Assembly: GCA_946410595.1 (NCBI GenBank)
Contig: CAMKAU010000002.1
Location: 1,158 to 65,157 of the forward strand
Direction: 5' to 3'
Origin: an uncultured Clostridia bacterium
Lineage (GTDB): Bacteria > Bacillota > Clostridia > Oscillospirales > CAG-272
DNA: 64,000 nt
The notes below the pieces were generated by a model. The model saw only the letters and a program-made list of their open reading frames with translations. It had not been told where the DNA came from and made no database searches. Of the stretch, positions 10,233 to 19,229 are shown one piece after another (within the stretch, counting starts at the first letter, position 1; every line of letters begins with the position of its first letter). The translations under genes and the position numbers were made by a program.

Positions 10233-11111
10233 ATGTTTGGATATGTAAAAGCGTTTCCGCCGGAGCTGACCCTGCGGGAATACGAACTCTACCGCGCCGG
10301 CTACTGCGGCGTCTGCCGCGCGATGGGCCGGTGCAACGGCTGCGCCTCCTGCGCCGGGCTGACGTGGGACTCGGTTTTCCTCTTTTTCGTACGCACCGCG
10401 CTGACAAAAGATCCGTTTGAAGTGAAAAAGATCTTCTGCCTTCTCCACCCCTTCAAGCGCCGGCAGGCGGTCTTCTCCACCCCGCAGATCGACTACGCGG
10501 CGCGGGCCAGCGCCGTTCTGATCCACGGAAAACTGCAGGACGACAAAGCGGACGAACGGGGCGCAAAGCGGCTGCGCGCCTCCCTTCTCCTGCCGCTTGC
10601 CTCCCGCCATAAAAAGCGGGCGGATCTGCCGGAGCTGGAAGAACGCTGCGCCGCGATCCTCTCAAAACTCGGCGAAACCGAGCGCGAGCGTCCCGCCTCC
10701 TTTGACCTGCCCGCCTCCCTCTCCGGCGAGCTGACCGCCGAGGTGTTTGCCTACGGACTGCCGAAGGGGAGCGATGAAGAGCGGCTTGCGCGGGAGATCG
10801 GCTTTCACACGGGGAAGTTCGTCTACGCGGCGGACGCGGCGGACGACTTTCTCTCCGACCGGAAAGCGGGACGCTACAACCCCTACGCCGCTCTCTTCGG
10901 CCGCGACACGCTGACCGAGGCGGACAAGGAGGGGATCTTCGACGGGATCCGCTACGAGCTGGCCGCGATCGAACGCGCGCTCGCGCTGATCGACTTTTCC
11001 GGCATCGCCGGGATCGGGCGTATCCTCTCCAACGTTGTCGGCGAGGGGATGCTCCGCACGGCGCAAACGATACTGACGGACGAAAAACGCTCCGGCAAGA
11101 CGGAGGAATGA
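10233..11111 (+). CDS. DUF5685-like Cys-rich protein, unknown function
   Basis: 292 aa. The N-terminus MFGYVKAFPPELTLREYELYRAGYCGVCRAMG matches my memory of the DUF5685 consensus. The stop abuts the next gene. Confidence 0.65.
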   Translation: MFGYVKAFPPELTLREYELYRAGYCGVCRAMGRCNGCASCAGLTWDSVFLFFVRTALTKDPFEVKKIFCLLHPFKRRQAVFSTPQIDYAARASAVLIHGKLQDDKADERGAKRLRASLLLPLASRHKKRADLPELEERCAAILSKLGETERERPASFDLPASLSGELTAEVFAYGLPKGSDEERLAREIGFHTGKFVYAADAADDFLSDRKAGRYNPYAALFGRDTLTEADKEGIFDGIRYELAAIERALALIDFSGIAGIGRILSNVVGEGMLRTAQTILTDEKRSGKTEE

Positions 11112-11735
11112 ATGAACGACCCTTACAAAGTACTCGGCGTAGACCGCTCCGCGAGCGACGCGGAGATCAAAAAGAAATACTACGCGCTCGCCAAGAAATA
11201 CCACCCCGACAATTACACCGACAGCGATCTCGCCGACCTCGCCGGGGAAAAGATGAAGGAAGTGAACGAGGCGTACGACGCGATCCAGAAGGAACGCGCC
11301 GGCGGCTCCTCCTCGTCCTCCTCGGGGAGCTATCAGGGCTCCTCCGCCTTCTCCGAGGCGCGCCGCAGGATCAACGAGGGACGCTTTGCCGACGCGGAGC
11401 TGCTGCTCAATTCCGTTCCCGCCGCAAGCCGGAACGCGGAGTGGAACTACCTGATGGGCGTACTCTATCTGCGCCGCGGCTGGGCGTCCGACGCCGCCAA
11501 GTATTTTGAGACCGCCTGCTATATGGATCCGGACAATCCGGAATACCGCCGGGCCAAACAGATGATGAACAACGGGGCGTTCGGCGGGACCGGCGCCTAC
11601 TCCTACGGGGAGGGCGCCGGACAGAGCTACCGCCGCGCAAGCGACGGCGCCGACTTCTGCACCATCTGCAACACCCTGCTCTGCGCCGACTGCTGCTGCG
11701 AGTGCATGGGCGGGGATCTGATCCGCTGCTGCTGA
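11112..11735 (+). CDS. J-domain protein with a TPR-like middle and a C-terminal cysteine string
   Basis: J domain DPYKVLGV...KKYHPDN (HPD motif). There are 9 Cys in the last 25 residues ([26 protein letters not shown]). Confidence 0.85.
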   Translation: MNDPYKVLGVDRSASDAEIKKKYYALAKKYHPDNYTDSDLADLAGEKMKEVNEAYDAIQKERAGGSSSSSSGSYQGSSAFSEARRRINEGRFADAELLLNSVPAASRNAEWNYLMGVLYLRRGWASDAAKYFETACYMDPDNPEYRRAKQMMNNGAFGGTGAYSYGEGAGQSYRRASDGADFCTICNTLLCADCCCECMGGDLIRCC

Positions 11736-11736
11736 T

Positions 11737-12258
11737 ATGAAAAAAGCCAAACTGCTTGCGCTCTGCGCGGTACTGGCCGCGCTTTCTTCCGTTTTTCTGA
11801 TCCTCGGGTCCCTTATCGACACGATGACCTTCGCCGTCGCCGCTCTCGCCGCGCTGCCGGTCCTTCTTCTGCTCGCCGAGTTCGGCGTCCTGCCGGCGCT
11901 CGGCTGCTTTCTCTCCGCCGGCGTCCTCTCTCTCATCCTCGCGCCCGCCAAGGGCGCGGCGCTCTCCTTTCTCTGCTTTTTCGGCGCTTATCCCTTTTTC
12001 AAGCGGATCGCGGAAAAACTGCCGCGGCTCCCGCGCGTTCTGCTCAAGTGCGGCGTCTGCGCCGCCGCGCTCCTTCTCTACGCCGCGCTCTCGCTTTTCG
12101 TTTTTTCCGCCGAGCTGCCCGAAAACGCCGCGCTCTGGCTTACCGCCTTCGCGCTGCTTGCCGCCGCCGCTTTCTTCCTCTACGACCGGGCGCTCTCCCT
12201 CTTTTTACGCTTTTATACCGCGCGCTTCCGCCCGCGGATCGTAAAGTTCCTGAAATAA
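11737..12258 (+). CDS. Small polytopic membrane protein, unknown function
   Basis: 173 aa with about 5 hydrophobic segments. It starts 2 nt after the J-protein stop, and a terminator follows. Confidence 0.6.
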   Translation: MKKAKLLALCAVLAALSSVFLILGSLIDTMTFAVAALAALPVLLLLAEFGVLPALGCFLSAGVLSLILAPAKGAALSFLCFFGAYPFFKRIAEKLPRLPRVLLKCGVCAAALLLYAALSLFVFSAELPENAALWLTAFALLAAAAFFLYDRALSLFLRFYTARFRPRIVKFLK

Positions 12259-12260
12259 AA

Positions 12261-12296
12261 AAACGCGGGGAAAACCGTTTGGTTTTCCCCGCGTTT
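12261..12296. terminator. Bidirectional intrinsic terminator
   Basis: Perfect stem aaacgcggggaaaacc / ggttttccccgcgttt with loop gttt, lying between convergent genes. Confidence 0.7.
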
Positions 12297-12749
12297 TTAA
12301 AAGACTTCTCTTTCAAGGATCCGGGCGAGCGTTTCCAGCCCGGCGCGGTCCTCCTCGGTAAAGCGCCCGATGCGCGGACTGTCGAGGTCGAGGACCCCGG
12401 CCACTCTGCCGTCTCCTCCGTGCAGCGGGACCACGATCTCCGAGCGGGAGGCGCCGTCGCAGGCGATATGGCCGGGAAAAAGGTGTACGTCCGGCACGAG
12501 GACGGTCCGGTCCTCCCGGGCGGCCGTACCGCAGACGCCGCGCCCGAAGGGGATCTCGATACAGGCGGGTCTGCCCTGAAAGGGTCCGAGGATCAGGCGC
12601 TCTCCTTCGGCGAGATAAAAGCCCGCCCAGTTGAGATCGGGCAGCTCGCCGTAGAGGAGCGCGGAGGCGTTGGCGAGATCGGCGATCGGATGCGAAACAC
12701 CGGCGACAAGCGCCGTCAGCTTCTCTGCGAGCGCGGAATAATCGGTCAT
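12297..12749 (-). CDS. msrC: GAF-domain free methionine-(R)-sulfoxide reductase
   Basis: 150 aa with LNWAGFYL, GPFQGRPACIEIPFGRGVCG and FPGHIACD..SRSEIVVPL, the typical fRMsr signature. Confidence 0.8.
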   Translation of the reverse strand: MTDYSALAEKLTALVAGVSHPIADLANASALLYGELPDLNWAGFYLAEGERLILGPFQGRPACIEIPFGRGVCGTAAREDRTVLVPDVHLFPGHIACDGASRSEIVVPLHGGDGRVAGVLDLDSPRIGRFTEEDRAGLETLARILEREVF

Positions 12750-12767
12750 AAAACCCTCCCGAAAGGA

Positions 12768-12797
12768 AAAGCGCGGTCGGGGACCGCGCTTTTTTTC
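12768..12797 (-). terminator. Hairpin/terminator after V-ATPase subunit D
   Basis: Stem agcgcggtc / gaccgcgct with flanking A/T runs, immediately after the stop at 12799. Confidence 0.5.
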
Positions 12798-12798
12798 T

Positions 12799-13437
12799 TC
12801 AGCGGTCGACGAGGATCAGATCCTTCAGCTTCATCAGCCGCGTGGTATTGCCCCGCTCGTTTTCGTCGAGCTTCATTGAGATCCGTTTGATCTCCGTTTC
12901 GTACTGCGGGATCATAATATACTCCAGCGCGTTGACGCGGCGGCGGGTACGCTCGATCTCCTCGGCGAGGAGAAGCGCCGTCTTCTCCCGCTCGGCAAGC
13001 AGGATCAGATCGGGCAGCAGCCGCGAGAGCGCGGCGACCGCCTCGTCGAGCTCCCCGGAGGTAAAGGCGAGGCCGTAGCCCGGCTCCCCCTCCGCTCCGG
13101 TCGAGAGAATGTCCGCCTGAAAGACGGGCACGGTAACCGACATCGTGTTCGCGTAGGAGACCTTCAGCTCCGCGCGTTTTTTCGGGATCGCCAGCGCCTC
13201 CCGCAGAAAACGGGGATCGGTGGTCGCGGCGGCGGCGGAAAAGGACCGATTGATCGCGTCCAGCTCCGCTTCAACCCGCTCGCGCAGTTCCTTGTTTTCC
13301 CGCACGGCGAGGAGAAAACGCCGCATCAGTTCGTCGCGCTTATCCTTGAGCAGCTTGTGCCCCCGGCGCGCCGTGGTGAGCCGACCCTTGAGCTTTTTCA
13401 GCTCCATGCGGGTCGGGTTGACATGTGCCATCGCCAT
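12799..13437 (-). CDS. ntpD: V-type ATP synthase subunit D
   Basis: 212 aa, NPTRMELKKLKGRLTTARRGHKLLKDKRDEL. Last gene of the ntp operon. Confidence 0.93.
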   Translation of the reverse strand: MAMAHVNPTRMELKKLKGRLTTARRGHKLLKDKRDELMRRFLLAVRENKELRERVEAELDAINRSFSAAAATTDPRFLREALAIPKKRAELKVSYANTMSVTVPVFQADILSTGAEGEPGYGLAFTSGELDEAVAALSRLLPDLILLAEREKTALLLAEEIERTRRRVNALEYIMIPQYETEIKRISMKLDENERGNTTRLMKLKDLILVDR

Positions 13438-13440
13438 CGC

Positions 13441-14847
13441 TTACGCTCCGACCGCGCCGCTGCCGGTCTCTTCTTCCTTCTTCGGCCAGTACCGCTCCAA
13501 AATCTCCGGCTTGATGCGCTTCATCTCGCTCTTCGGCAGGATGGAAAGCAGCTGCCAGCCGAGATCGAGCGTCTCCTCGATGCTCCGGTCCTCGGTAAAG
13601 CCCTGGTTGACGTAGCGTTTTTCAAACTCGTCGGCAAACTTGGCGTAGAGCCGGTCGATCGGCGTCAGCGCCGCCTCTCCGAGCACGACCATCAGTTCCT
13701 TTGCCTCCTTGCCTCGCGCGTAGGAGGAGAAGAGCTGGTTCATCGTGCCGGCGTGGTCCTCGCGGGTCTTCCCTTCTCCGATGCCCTTGTCCTTCAGACG
13801 GGAAAGGGAGGGGAGAACGTCCACCGGCGGCAGATAGCCCTTGCGGTAGATCTCGCGGGAGAGGATGATCTGACCCTCGGTGATATAGCCGGTCAGGTCG
13901 GGGATCGGATGGGTCTTGTCGTCCTCCGGCATCGAGAGGATCGGGATCATCGTGATCGAGCCCTCGCAGCCGACCTTACGGCCGGCGCGCTCGTACATCG
14001 TGGCAAGGTCGGTATAGAGGTAGCCGGGATAGCCGCGGCGGCCGGGGACCTCCTTGCGGGCGGCAGAGACCTCGCGGAGCGCCTCCGCGTAGTTGGTGAT
14101 ATCGGTCATGATGACGAGGACGTGCATCCCGCAGTCATAGGCGAGATATTCCGCCGCGGTCAGCGCCATACGGGGCGCGGAGATACGCTCGATGGCGGCG
14201 TCCGAGGCGAGGTTGATGAAGAGGACGGTGCGGTCGATCGCGCCGGTGCGGCGGAAATCGGAAATGAAGAAATCCGCTTCCTCGAAGGTGATGCCGACGG
14301 CGGCGAAGACAACGGCGAACCGACTGTCCGTGCCGCGGACCTTCGCCTGGCGGGCGATCTGCGCCGCGAGATTGGCGTGCGGCAGACCGGAGCCGGAAAA
14401 GATCGGCAGTTTCTGTCCGCGGACGAGGGTGTTGAGCCCGTCGATGGTGGAGATCCCCGTCTGGATGAACTCCGAGGGGTAGTTGCGCGCCGCCGGATTG
14501 ATCGGCGTGCCGTTGATATCCAGCGTTTTTTCGGGGATCAGGCGGGGGCCGCCGTCGATCGGCTCGCCCATGCCGGAGAAGACGCGCCCCAGCATATCGC
14601 GGGACACGGGCAGCTCCACGCCGTGGCCGACAAAGCGGACCTTGCTCTCCGCGAGGTTCATCCCGGCGGAGTTTTCAAAGAGCTGAACGAGGACGTTCGA
14701 GCCGTTGATCTCCAGCACGCGGCAGCGGCGGACCGAGCCGTCGGGAAGTTCGATCTCCCCCAGCTCGTCGTATTTGACGCCGTCCACCTGCTTGACCAGC
14801 ATCAGCGGGCCGGCTACTTCTTCGATCGTCTTAAATTCGCGTACCAT
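13441..14847 (-). CDS. ntpB: V-type ATP synthase subunit B
   Basis: 468 aa, typical non-catalytic B subunit ([29 protein letters not shown]). Confidence 0.95.
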   Translation of the reverse strand: MVREFKTIEEVAGPLMLVKQVDGVKYDELGEIELPDGSVRRCRVLEINGSNVLVQLFENSAGMNLAESKVRFVGHGVELPVSRDMLGRVFSGMGEPIDGGPRLIPEKTLDINGTPINPAARNYPSEFIQTGISTIDGLNTLVRGQKLPIFSGSGLPHANLAAQIARQAKVRGTDSRFAVVFAAVGITFEEADFFISDFRRTGAIDRTVLFINLASDAAIERISAPRMALTAAEYLAYDCGMHVLVIMTDITNYAEALREVSAARKEVPGRRGYPGYLYTDLATMYERAGRKVGCEGSITMIPILSMPEDDKTHPIPDLTGYITEGQIILSREIYRKGYLPPVDVLPSLSRLKDKGIGEGKTREDHAGTMNQLFSSYARGKEAKELMVVLGEAALTPIDRLYAKFADEFEKRYVNQGFTEDRSIEETLDLGWQLLSILPKSEMKRIKPEILERYWPKKEEETGSGAVGA

Positions 14848-16614
14848 TTATCTGTCTCCTTCCGTCAGGGCGGCAAGCTCGGCGTCGATCTCCCCGTCGA
14901 TCGCGGCGTACGCTTCGCGGTACGCCTCCTCGGGGGTCGACTTGGCGCGTCCGATCTTTTCGCGGACCGGGAGAACGGCGACCTTTTCCACGTCCGCGCC
15001 CTTGCCGATCGCCTCCTTCGCCTTGTCGTAGAAGGAGAGGATGAGCGACATCAGCGCAAACTGCTTGGGAAGCGAGGTGTAGCTGTCTCCGTCCTCAAAG
15101 GCGTTCTGCTGCAAAAAGTCCTCGCGCACCGAGCGGGCGACCTCCAGCGTCAGCCGGTCGGAAGCGGAAAGAGCGTCCACGCCGACGAGCTTGACGATCT
15201 CGTCGAGCTCGCTTTCGGTCTGCAAAATCGTCATCAGACGGCCGACGTTTTTCATCCAGTCGCGGGAAACGTTTTCCCCGAACCAGGGGTCGAGCCGGTC
15301 CTTGTAAAGCGAATAGGAATTGAGCCAGTTGATCGCCGGGAAGTGGCGCCGGTAGGCGAGCCCCGCCTCCAGGCCCCAGAAGACCTTGACGATACGCAGC
15401 GTTGCCTGCGTGACGGGCTCGGAAATATCGCCGCCCTGCGGCGAGACGGCGCCGATGGCGGACAGCGTGCCGCCGCGGCGGTCCTGCCCGAGGCAGACGA
15501 CCTTGCCGGAACGCTCGTAGAACTGGGCGAGACGAGAGGTGAGGTAGGCGGGATAGCCCTCCTCGCCCGGCATCTCCTCCAGACGGCCGGACATCTCGCG
15601 CAGCGCCTCCGCCCAGCGGGAGGTGGAGTCCGCGATAACGGCGACCGAATAGCCCATATCGCGGAAGTATTCCGCGATCGTGATGCCGGTGTAGATCGAG
15701 GCCTCGCGCGCCGCGACCGGCATATCCGAGGTGTTGGCGATCAGGACCGTGCGCTTCATCAGCGATTCGCCGGAGCGCGGATCCTTCAGCTCGGGGAACT
15801 CGCGCAGAACGTCGGTCATCTCGTTGCCGCGCTCGCCGCAGCCGATATAGATCACGATATCCACGTCGGAGAACTTGGCGAGCTGGTGCTGCACGACCGT
15901 CTTTCCGCTGCCGAACGGGCCGGGAACGCACGCCGTGCCTCCCTTTGCGATCGGGAAGAGCGCGTCGATCACGCGCTGACCGGTGATCATCGGCTCGGCG
16001 GGCGGAAGTTTTTCCGCGTAGGGGCGGGCGATACGGACCGGCCATTTCTGGCAGAGGGTGATCTCCCGTTCCTTGCCCGCGCCGTCCGTCAGAACGCAGA
16101 CCGCGTCGTCGACCCGGTAGTCGCCGGAGGCGATGCGTTTGATCGTTCCCTTCACGTTCGGGGGAACCATGATCTTATGCAGGACGAGCTCCGTCTCCCG
16201 GACGGTACCGAGAACGTCGCCGCCGGTGACCTCGTCCCCTTCCACCGCGGACGCGTCGAAATGCCAGACCGTCTCGCGGGAGAGGGCCGGCTCGTCGACG
16301 CCGCGCAGGAGGTTGGTGCCGTATTTTTCAAAAAGGGTGCCGAGCGGACGCTGGATCCCGTCGTAGATGTTCTGGATCATCCCGGGTCCGAGCTCGACCG
16401 AAAGGGGCGCGCCGGTGGAAACGACAGCGTCCCCGCGCCCGATCCCCGCGGTCTCCTCATAGACCTGGACGGAGGCGCGGTCCCCGTGCATTTCGATGAT
16501 CTCGCCGATCAGCTTTTTCTCGCCGACGCGGACCACGTCGAACATATTGGCCTGCCGCATCCCTTCCGCGATGACCAGCGGCCCGGAAACTTTGACGATT
16601 CTTCCTTCAACCAT
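14848..16614 (-). CDS. ntpA: V-type ATP synthase catalytic subunit A
   Basis: Walker [20 protein letters not shown], and N-terminus [19 protein letters not shown]. An alternative GTG start at 16626 is possible. Confidence 0.95.
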   Translation of the reverse strand: MVEGRIVKVSGPLVIAEGMRQANMFDVVRVGEKKLIGEIIEMHGDRASVQVYEETAGIGRGDAVVSTGAPLSVELGPGMIQNIYDGIQRPLGTLFEKYGTNLLRGVDEPALSRETVWHFDASAVEGDEVTGGDVLGTVRETELVLHKIMVPPNVKGTIKRIASGDYRVDDAVCVLTDGAGKEREITLCQKWPVRIARPYAEKLPPAEPMITGQRVIDALFPIAKGGTACVPGPFGSGKTVVQHQLAKFSDVDIVIYIGCGERGNEMTDVLREFPELKDPRSGESLMKRTVLIANTSDMPVAAREASIYTGITIAEYFRDMGYSVAVIADSTSRWAEALREMSGRLEEMPGEEGYPAYLTSRLAQFYERSGKVVCLGQDRRGGTLSAIGAVSPQGGDISEPVTQATLRIVKVFWGLEAGLAYRRHFPAINWLNSYSLYKDRLDPWFGENVSRDWMKNVGRLMTILQTESELDEIVKLVGVDALSASDRLTLEVARSVREDFLQQNAFEDGDSYTSLPKQFALMSLILSFYDKAKEAIGKGADVEKVAVLPVREKIGRAKSTPEEAYREAYAAIDGEIDAELAALTEGDR

Positions 16615-16665
16615 TGTTTTGCACACACGCGGAGCGTGCGTTTCCTTTCTTGTGGATATTCGGAC

Positions 16666-16980
16666 TTACTTGAAGAGGATATCCGCGCCGACGGCGCGCT
16701 CCACGGCGCTCTTCAGCGCCGCCATCCCAACGCCCTGACTGCCGCCCGCGCCCGGTACGGTGATCACGGCGGGGATCGCCTTGGCTTTGTACCCTTCGAT
16801 GGCGTCGCGGGCCGCCTCGGCGTATTTTTCGGTAATGAAGATCACGGCGCAGCCGTTTGCCGCCAGCATGTGGACGGCGCCCGCCGCTTCCTCTCCGTCG
16901 CGGACCTCCGCGACCTCAAACCCGAGAGCGAGAAACCCGAGCACGCTGTCCCGGTCCCCGACGGCGCCTATCCTATACAT
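16666..16980 (-). CDS. ntpF: V-type ATP synthase subunit F
   Basis: 104 aa, MYRIGAVGDRDSVLGFLALGFEV. Correct operon position. Confidence 0.9.
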   Translation of the reverse strand: MYRIGAVGDRDSVLGFLALGFEVAEVRDGEEAAGAVHMLAANGCAVIFITEKYAEAARDAIEGYKAKAIPAVITVPGAGGSQGVGMAALKSAVERAVGADILFK

Positions 16981-17974
16981 AACAGTCCCTCAATCTTTCC
17001 CGGATCAGGCCGGCGGGAAGGCCGGAGGCCTTCATCGTGCAGACGATCCGGATATTCTTGGCGGCCGTTTCCGCCGCGCCCGCGTACGCCGCGAGGACGG
17101 CGGCGCCGAAGGGCTGATACTTCGTCTTTTTCAGTTCGGCGGTCAGGCGGTCGTCGCAGGCGCGCTCGAGCGTCTCGGGCGTTCCGTTTTCCACCGCCGA
17201 GGCGAGCGCGCGCTCGCCGTGCCGAGAGAGGACCTCCGCCAAAGCGGGAAGTCCCCCGCCGACGGCCTCGGCAAGCTCCCCGGTCGGGATATTCCCGCCG
17301 GAAACGAAAAACCGTTTGAGATAGGTCTCCGGCGCGGGAAGCGCCTCTCCCATCCGGATCGTGCGGGCCGCGCAGCGGATATGGTAAAGATCGATCCGCA
17401 GGCGGATCAGAGAATGCAGAAACGGCTCCCGCTCGGTGGAGGCGAGCATATCGGCAAAGCAGGCGCGGTCGATGGGGATATCCACGCTCTGCGGGTCTCC
17501 CGTCCGGGCGAAGTCCTCCGCCGCCGTCTCCGCCGCTTTTTTCATCGCGGGGGGAAAGGCGGAAAAGTCCTTCGTTTTGACCGCGTTCCGCACGTCCGCC
17601 GCGGGGACCGTCCCGCAGGAAAAGAGCATTCCCTCGGGTTCTCCCTCTCCGGCGGCGGCCGTCTTCAGGCAGGCCTTGAGATCGTTTGCGTCGTAGGGAT
17701 AGAGGAGATAATCGAACAGCCCCTCCACGGGGGAAAGACGGCGCACGAGCGCGGCGGCGTCCTGCCAGACGGCGGCGAGCGTACGGTCAAGATCAAAGCG
17801 TCCGCCCTCCCCGTCCGTTACGGGGACGACCCCGCATTCGCCGAGCAGCCGGCAGATCTCCTCGAGAGACTGCGCGTCCGCCATCCGCTCGAAGCGCTCC
17901 CGCGCGATCCCCTGTCCCTCCTTGGCGCGAAGCAGCGCGCTTGCGTAGAGAAATTCGGTATCCGCGATCGGCAT
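16973..17974 (-). CDS. ntpC: V-type ATP synthase subunit C
   Basis: Trimmed to the ATG at 17974 (MPIADTEFLYASALLRAKE), 2 nt after the subunit E stop. The longer track ORF (to 18085) overlaps subunit E. Confidence 0.85.
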   Translation of the reverse strand: MPIADTEFLYASALLRAKEGQGIARERFERMADAQSLEEICRLLGECGVVPVTDGEGGRFDLDRTLAAVWQDAAALVRRLSPVEGLFDYLLYPYDANDLKACLKTAAAGEGEPEGMLFSCGTVPAADVRNAVKTKDFSAFPPAMKKAAETAAEDFARTGDPQSVDIPIDRACFADMLASTEREPFLHSLIRLRIDLYHIRCAARTIRMGEALPAPETYLKRFFVSGGNIPTGELAEAVGGGLPALAEVLSRHGERALASAVENGTPETLERACDDRLTAELKKTKYQPFGAAVLAAYAGAAETAAKNIRIVCTMKASGLPAGLIRERLRDCYV

Positions 17975-17976
17975 GA

Positions 17977-18657
17977 TTACTCCTTCGTATCGGAAAAGAG
18001 GAGGTCGCTGACACGCGCTTCGCTCTTTTCCCGTTCGCTTGCGAGGAGGACGGGTAGGGTGCAGTTGGTCTCGATCTCCCCGCACCGCAGGATCAGTCCT
18101 CCCTCCGTTTTTCCCGGGCGATCGGACAGCCGGAGCTTTTTCAGCGTTTCCTCCGGCAGCCGTCCGGCGTACTCCGCGGCAAACTCGGAGAGGAAGGAGG
18201 CGCCGACCTTTTCACCGTCCTCTTTTGAGAGGACGACGACGTAGGCGTCGCAGGAGAGGACCTCCTCCTCGCCGTAAGCGCGGCGAAGGTACGCGTCGTT
18301 TTCTTCTTTCTGTTTGAGCGCGTGATAAAGCAGCGAGAAAAGGAAGCTCCGGTACTCTCCGGCGGGCAGGGAGCGGAAATACTCCGCCGCCGCCTCATAG
18401 CAGGAGGCGACCGCCTCTGCCTTTGCCTCCAAGAGGATCCGGCGGCGCGCCATGGAGGCGCCGGAGGCGCTCCGCAGCTCGGCCGCTTTTTCCTCTTTTT
18501 CCGCGTCGTCGCGCGCGGCGGCGAGAAGGTAGTCCGCGCGGCTCCGGTAGGAATCGAGAATATCGGCGACCTGCCGCTTCCCTTCCTCTTTTGCGGAAAG
18601 GGCGGCGGACTCCGCTTCCCCGAGGATCCTCGCGGTTATGGTTTCAACACCGTTCAT
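17977..18657 (-). CDS. ntpE: V-type ATP synthase subunit E
   Basis: 226 aa with a charged coiled-coil N-terminus (ITARILGEAESAALSAKEEGKRQV). Correct operon position. Confidence 0.8.
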   Translation of the reverse strand: MNGVETITARILGEAESAALSAKEEGKRQVADILDSYRSRADYLLAAARDDAEKEEKAAELRSASGASMARRRILLEAKAEAVASCYEAAAEYFRSLPAGEYRSFLFSLLYHALKQKEENDAYLRRAYGEEEVLSCDAYVVVLSKEDGEKVGASFLSEFAAEYAGRLPEETLKKLRLSDRPGKTEGGLILRCGEIETNCTLPVLLASEREKSEARVSDLLFSDTKE

Positions 18658-18685
18658 GTGGTTATCCTTTCGGGATCAAAGGGAT

Positions 18686-19186
18686 TTACGCTTTGAAGAA
18701 GAGGACGAGCAGGAGAGAGATCAGGACGGCGAAGATCGCGTAGGTCTCCACGAGAGCGGAGGAGGTGATGGCCTTACCGACCTGGTCGGGGCGCTTGGCG
18801 ATCAGGTTGATGCCGGAAGCGGCGACCCGCGCCTGACGGATGGCGGAAAAGTAACCGACGAACGCGATCGGCAGCGCCGCCGCGAGCAGATACCCGCCCT
18901 GGCCGAGTTCGAGGGTCAGCGGGGCGGCGCTGAGCGCGCCGGTCTTGAAGATGATCAGAAACGCCGTGATCAGTCCGTAAATGCCCTGCGTGCCGGGGAG
19001 CGCCTGCAAAAGCAGGGCTTTACCGAACATCGAAGGGTTCTCGGTCAGAAGGCCGGAGGACGCCTCGCCGACGAGGGAAACGCCCTTGGCGCTGCCGAGG
19101 CCGGGCAGGATCGTGGCAAGCGCCGCGCCGAGGAAGGCGAGGTTGTTGCCGGAAAACACGAGGGAAAGCAGTTCAACGAATGTCAT
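18686..19186 (-). CDS. ntpK: V-type ATP synthase subunit K (16-kDa proteolipid, 4 TM)
   Basis: 166 aa with GSAKGV, LPGTQGIYG and LVETYAI. Close to the Enterococcus hirae NtpK pattern. Confidence 0.9.
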   Translation of the reverse strand: MTFVELLSLVFSGNNLAFLGAALATILPGLGSAKGVSLVGEASSGLLTENPSMFGKALLLQALPGTQGIYGLITAFLIIFKTGALSAAPLTLELGQGGYLLAAALPIAFVGYFSAIRQARVAASGINLIAKRPDQVGKAITSSALVETYAIFAVLISLLLVLFFKA

Positions 19187-19229
19187 AATTCTTTTTCTCC
19201 TTATTTTGTTCTATCTTGTTCTTATCGCG

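Noticed and set aside
13357-17319. 1320-aa ORF on the plus strand across the V-ATPase A/B/D genes
   Set aside because: It is antisense to unmistakable ntpA/ntpB/ntpD. Its composition is Arg/Gly/Asp/Leu-rich with no motifs. This is a typical stop-poor shadow frame of high-GC DNA.
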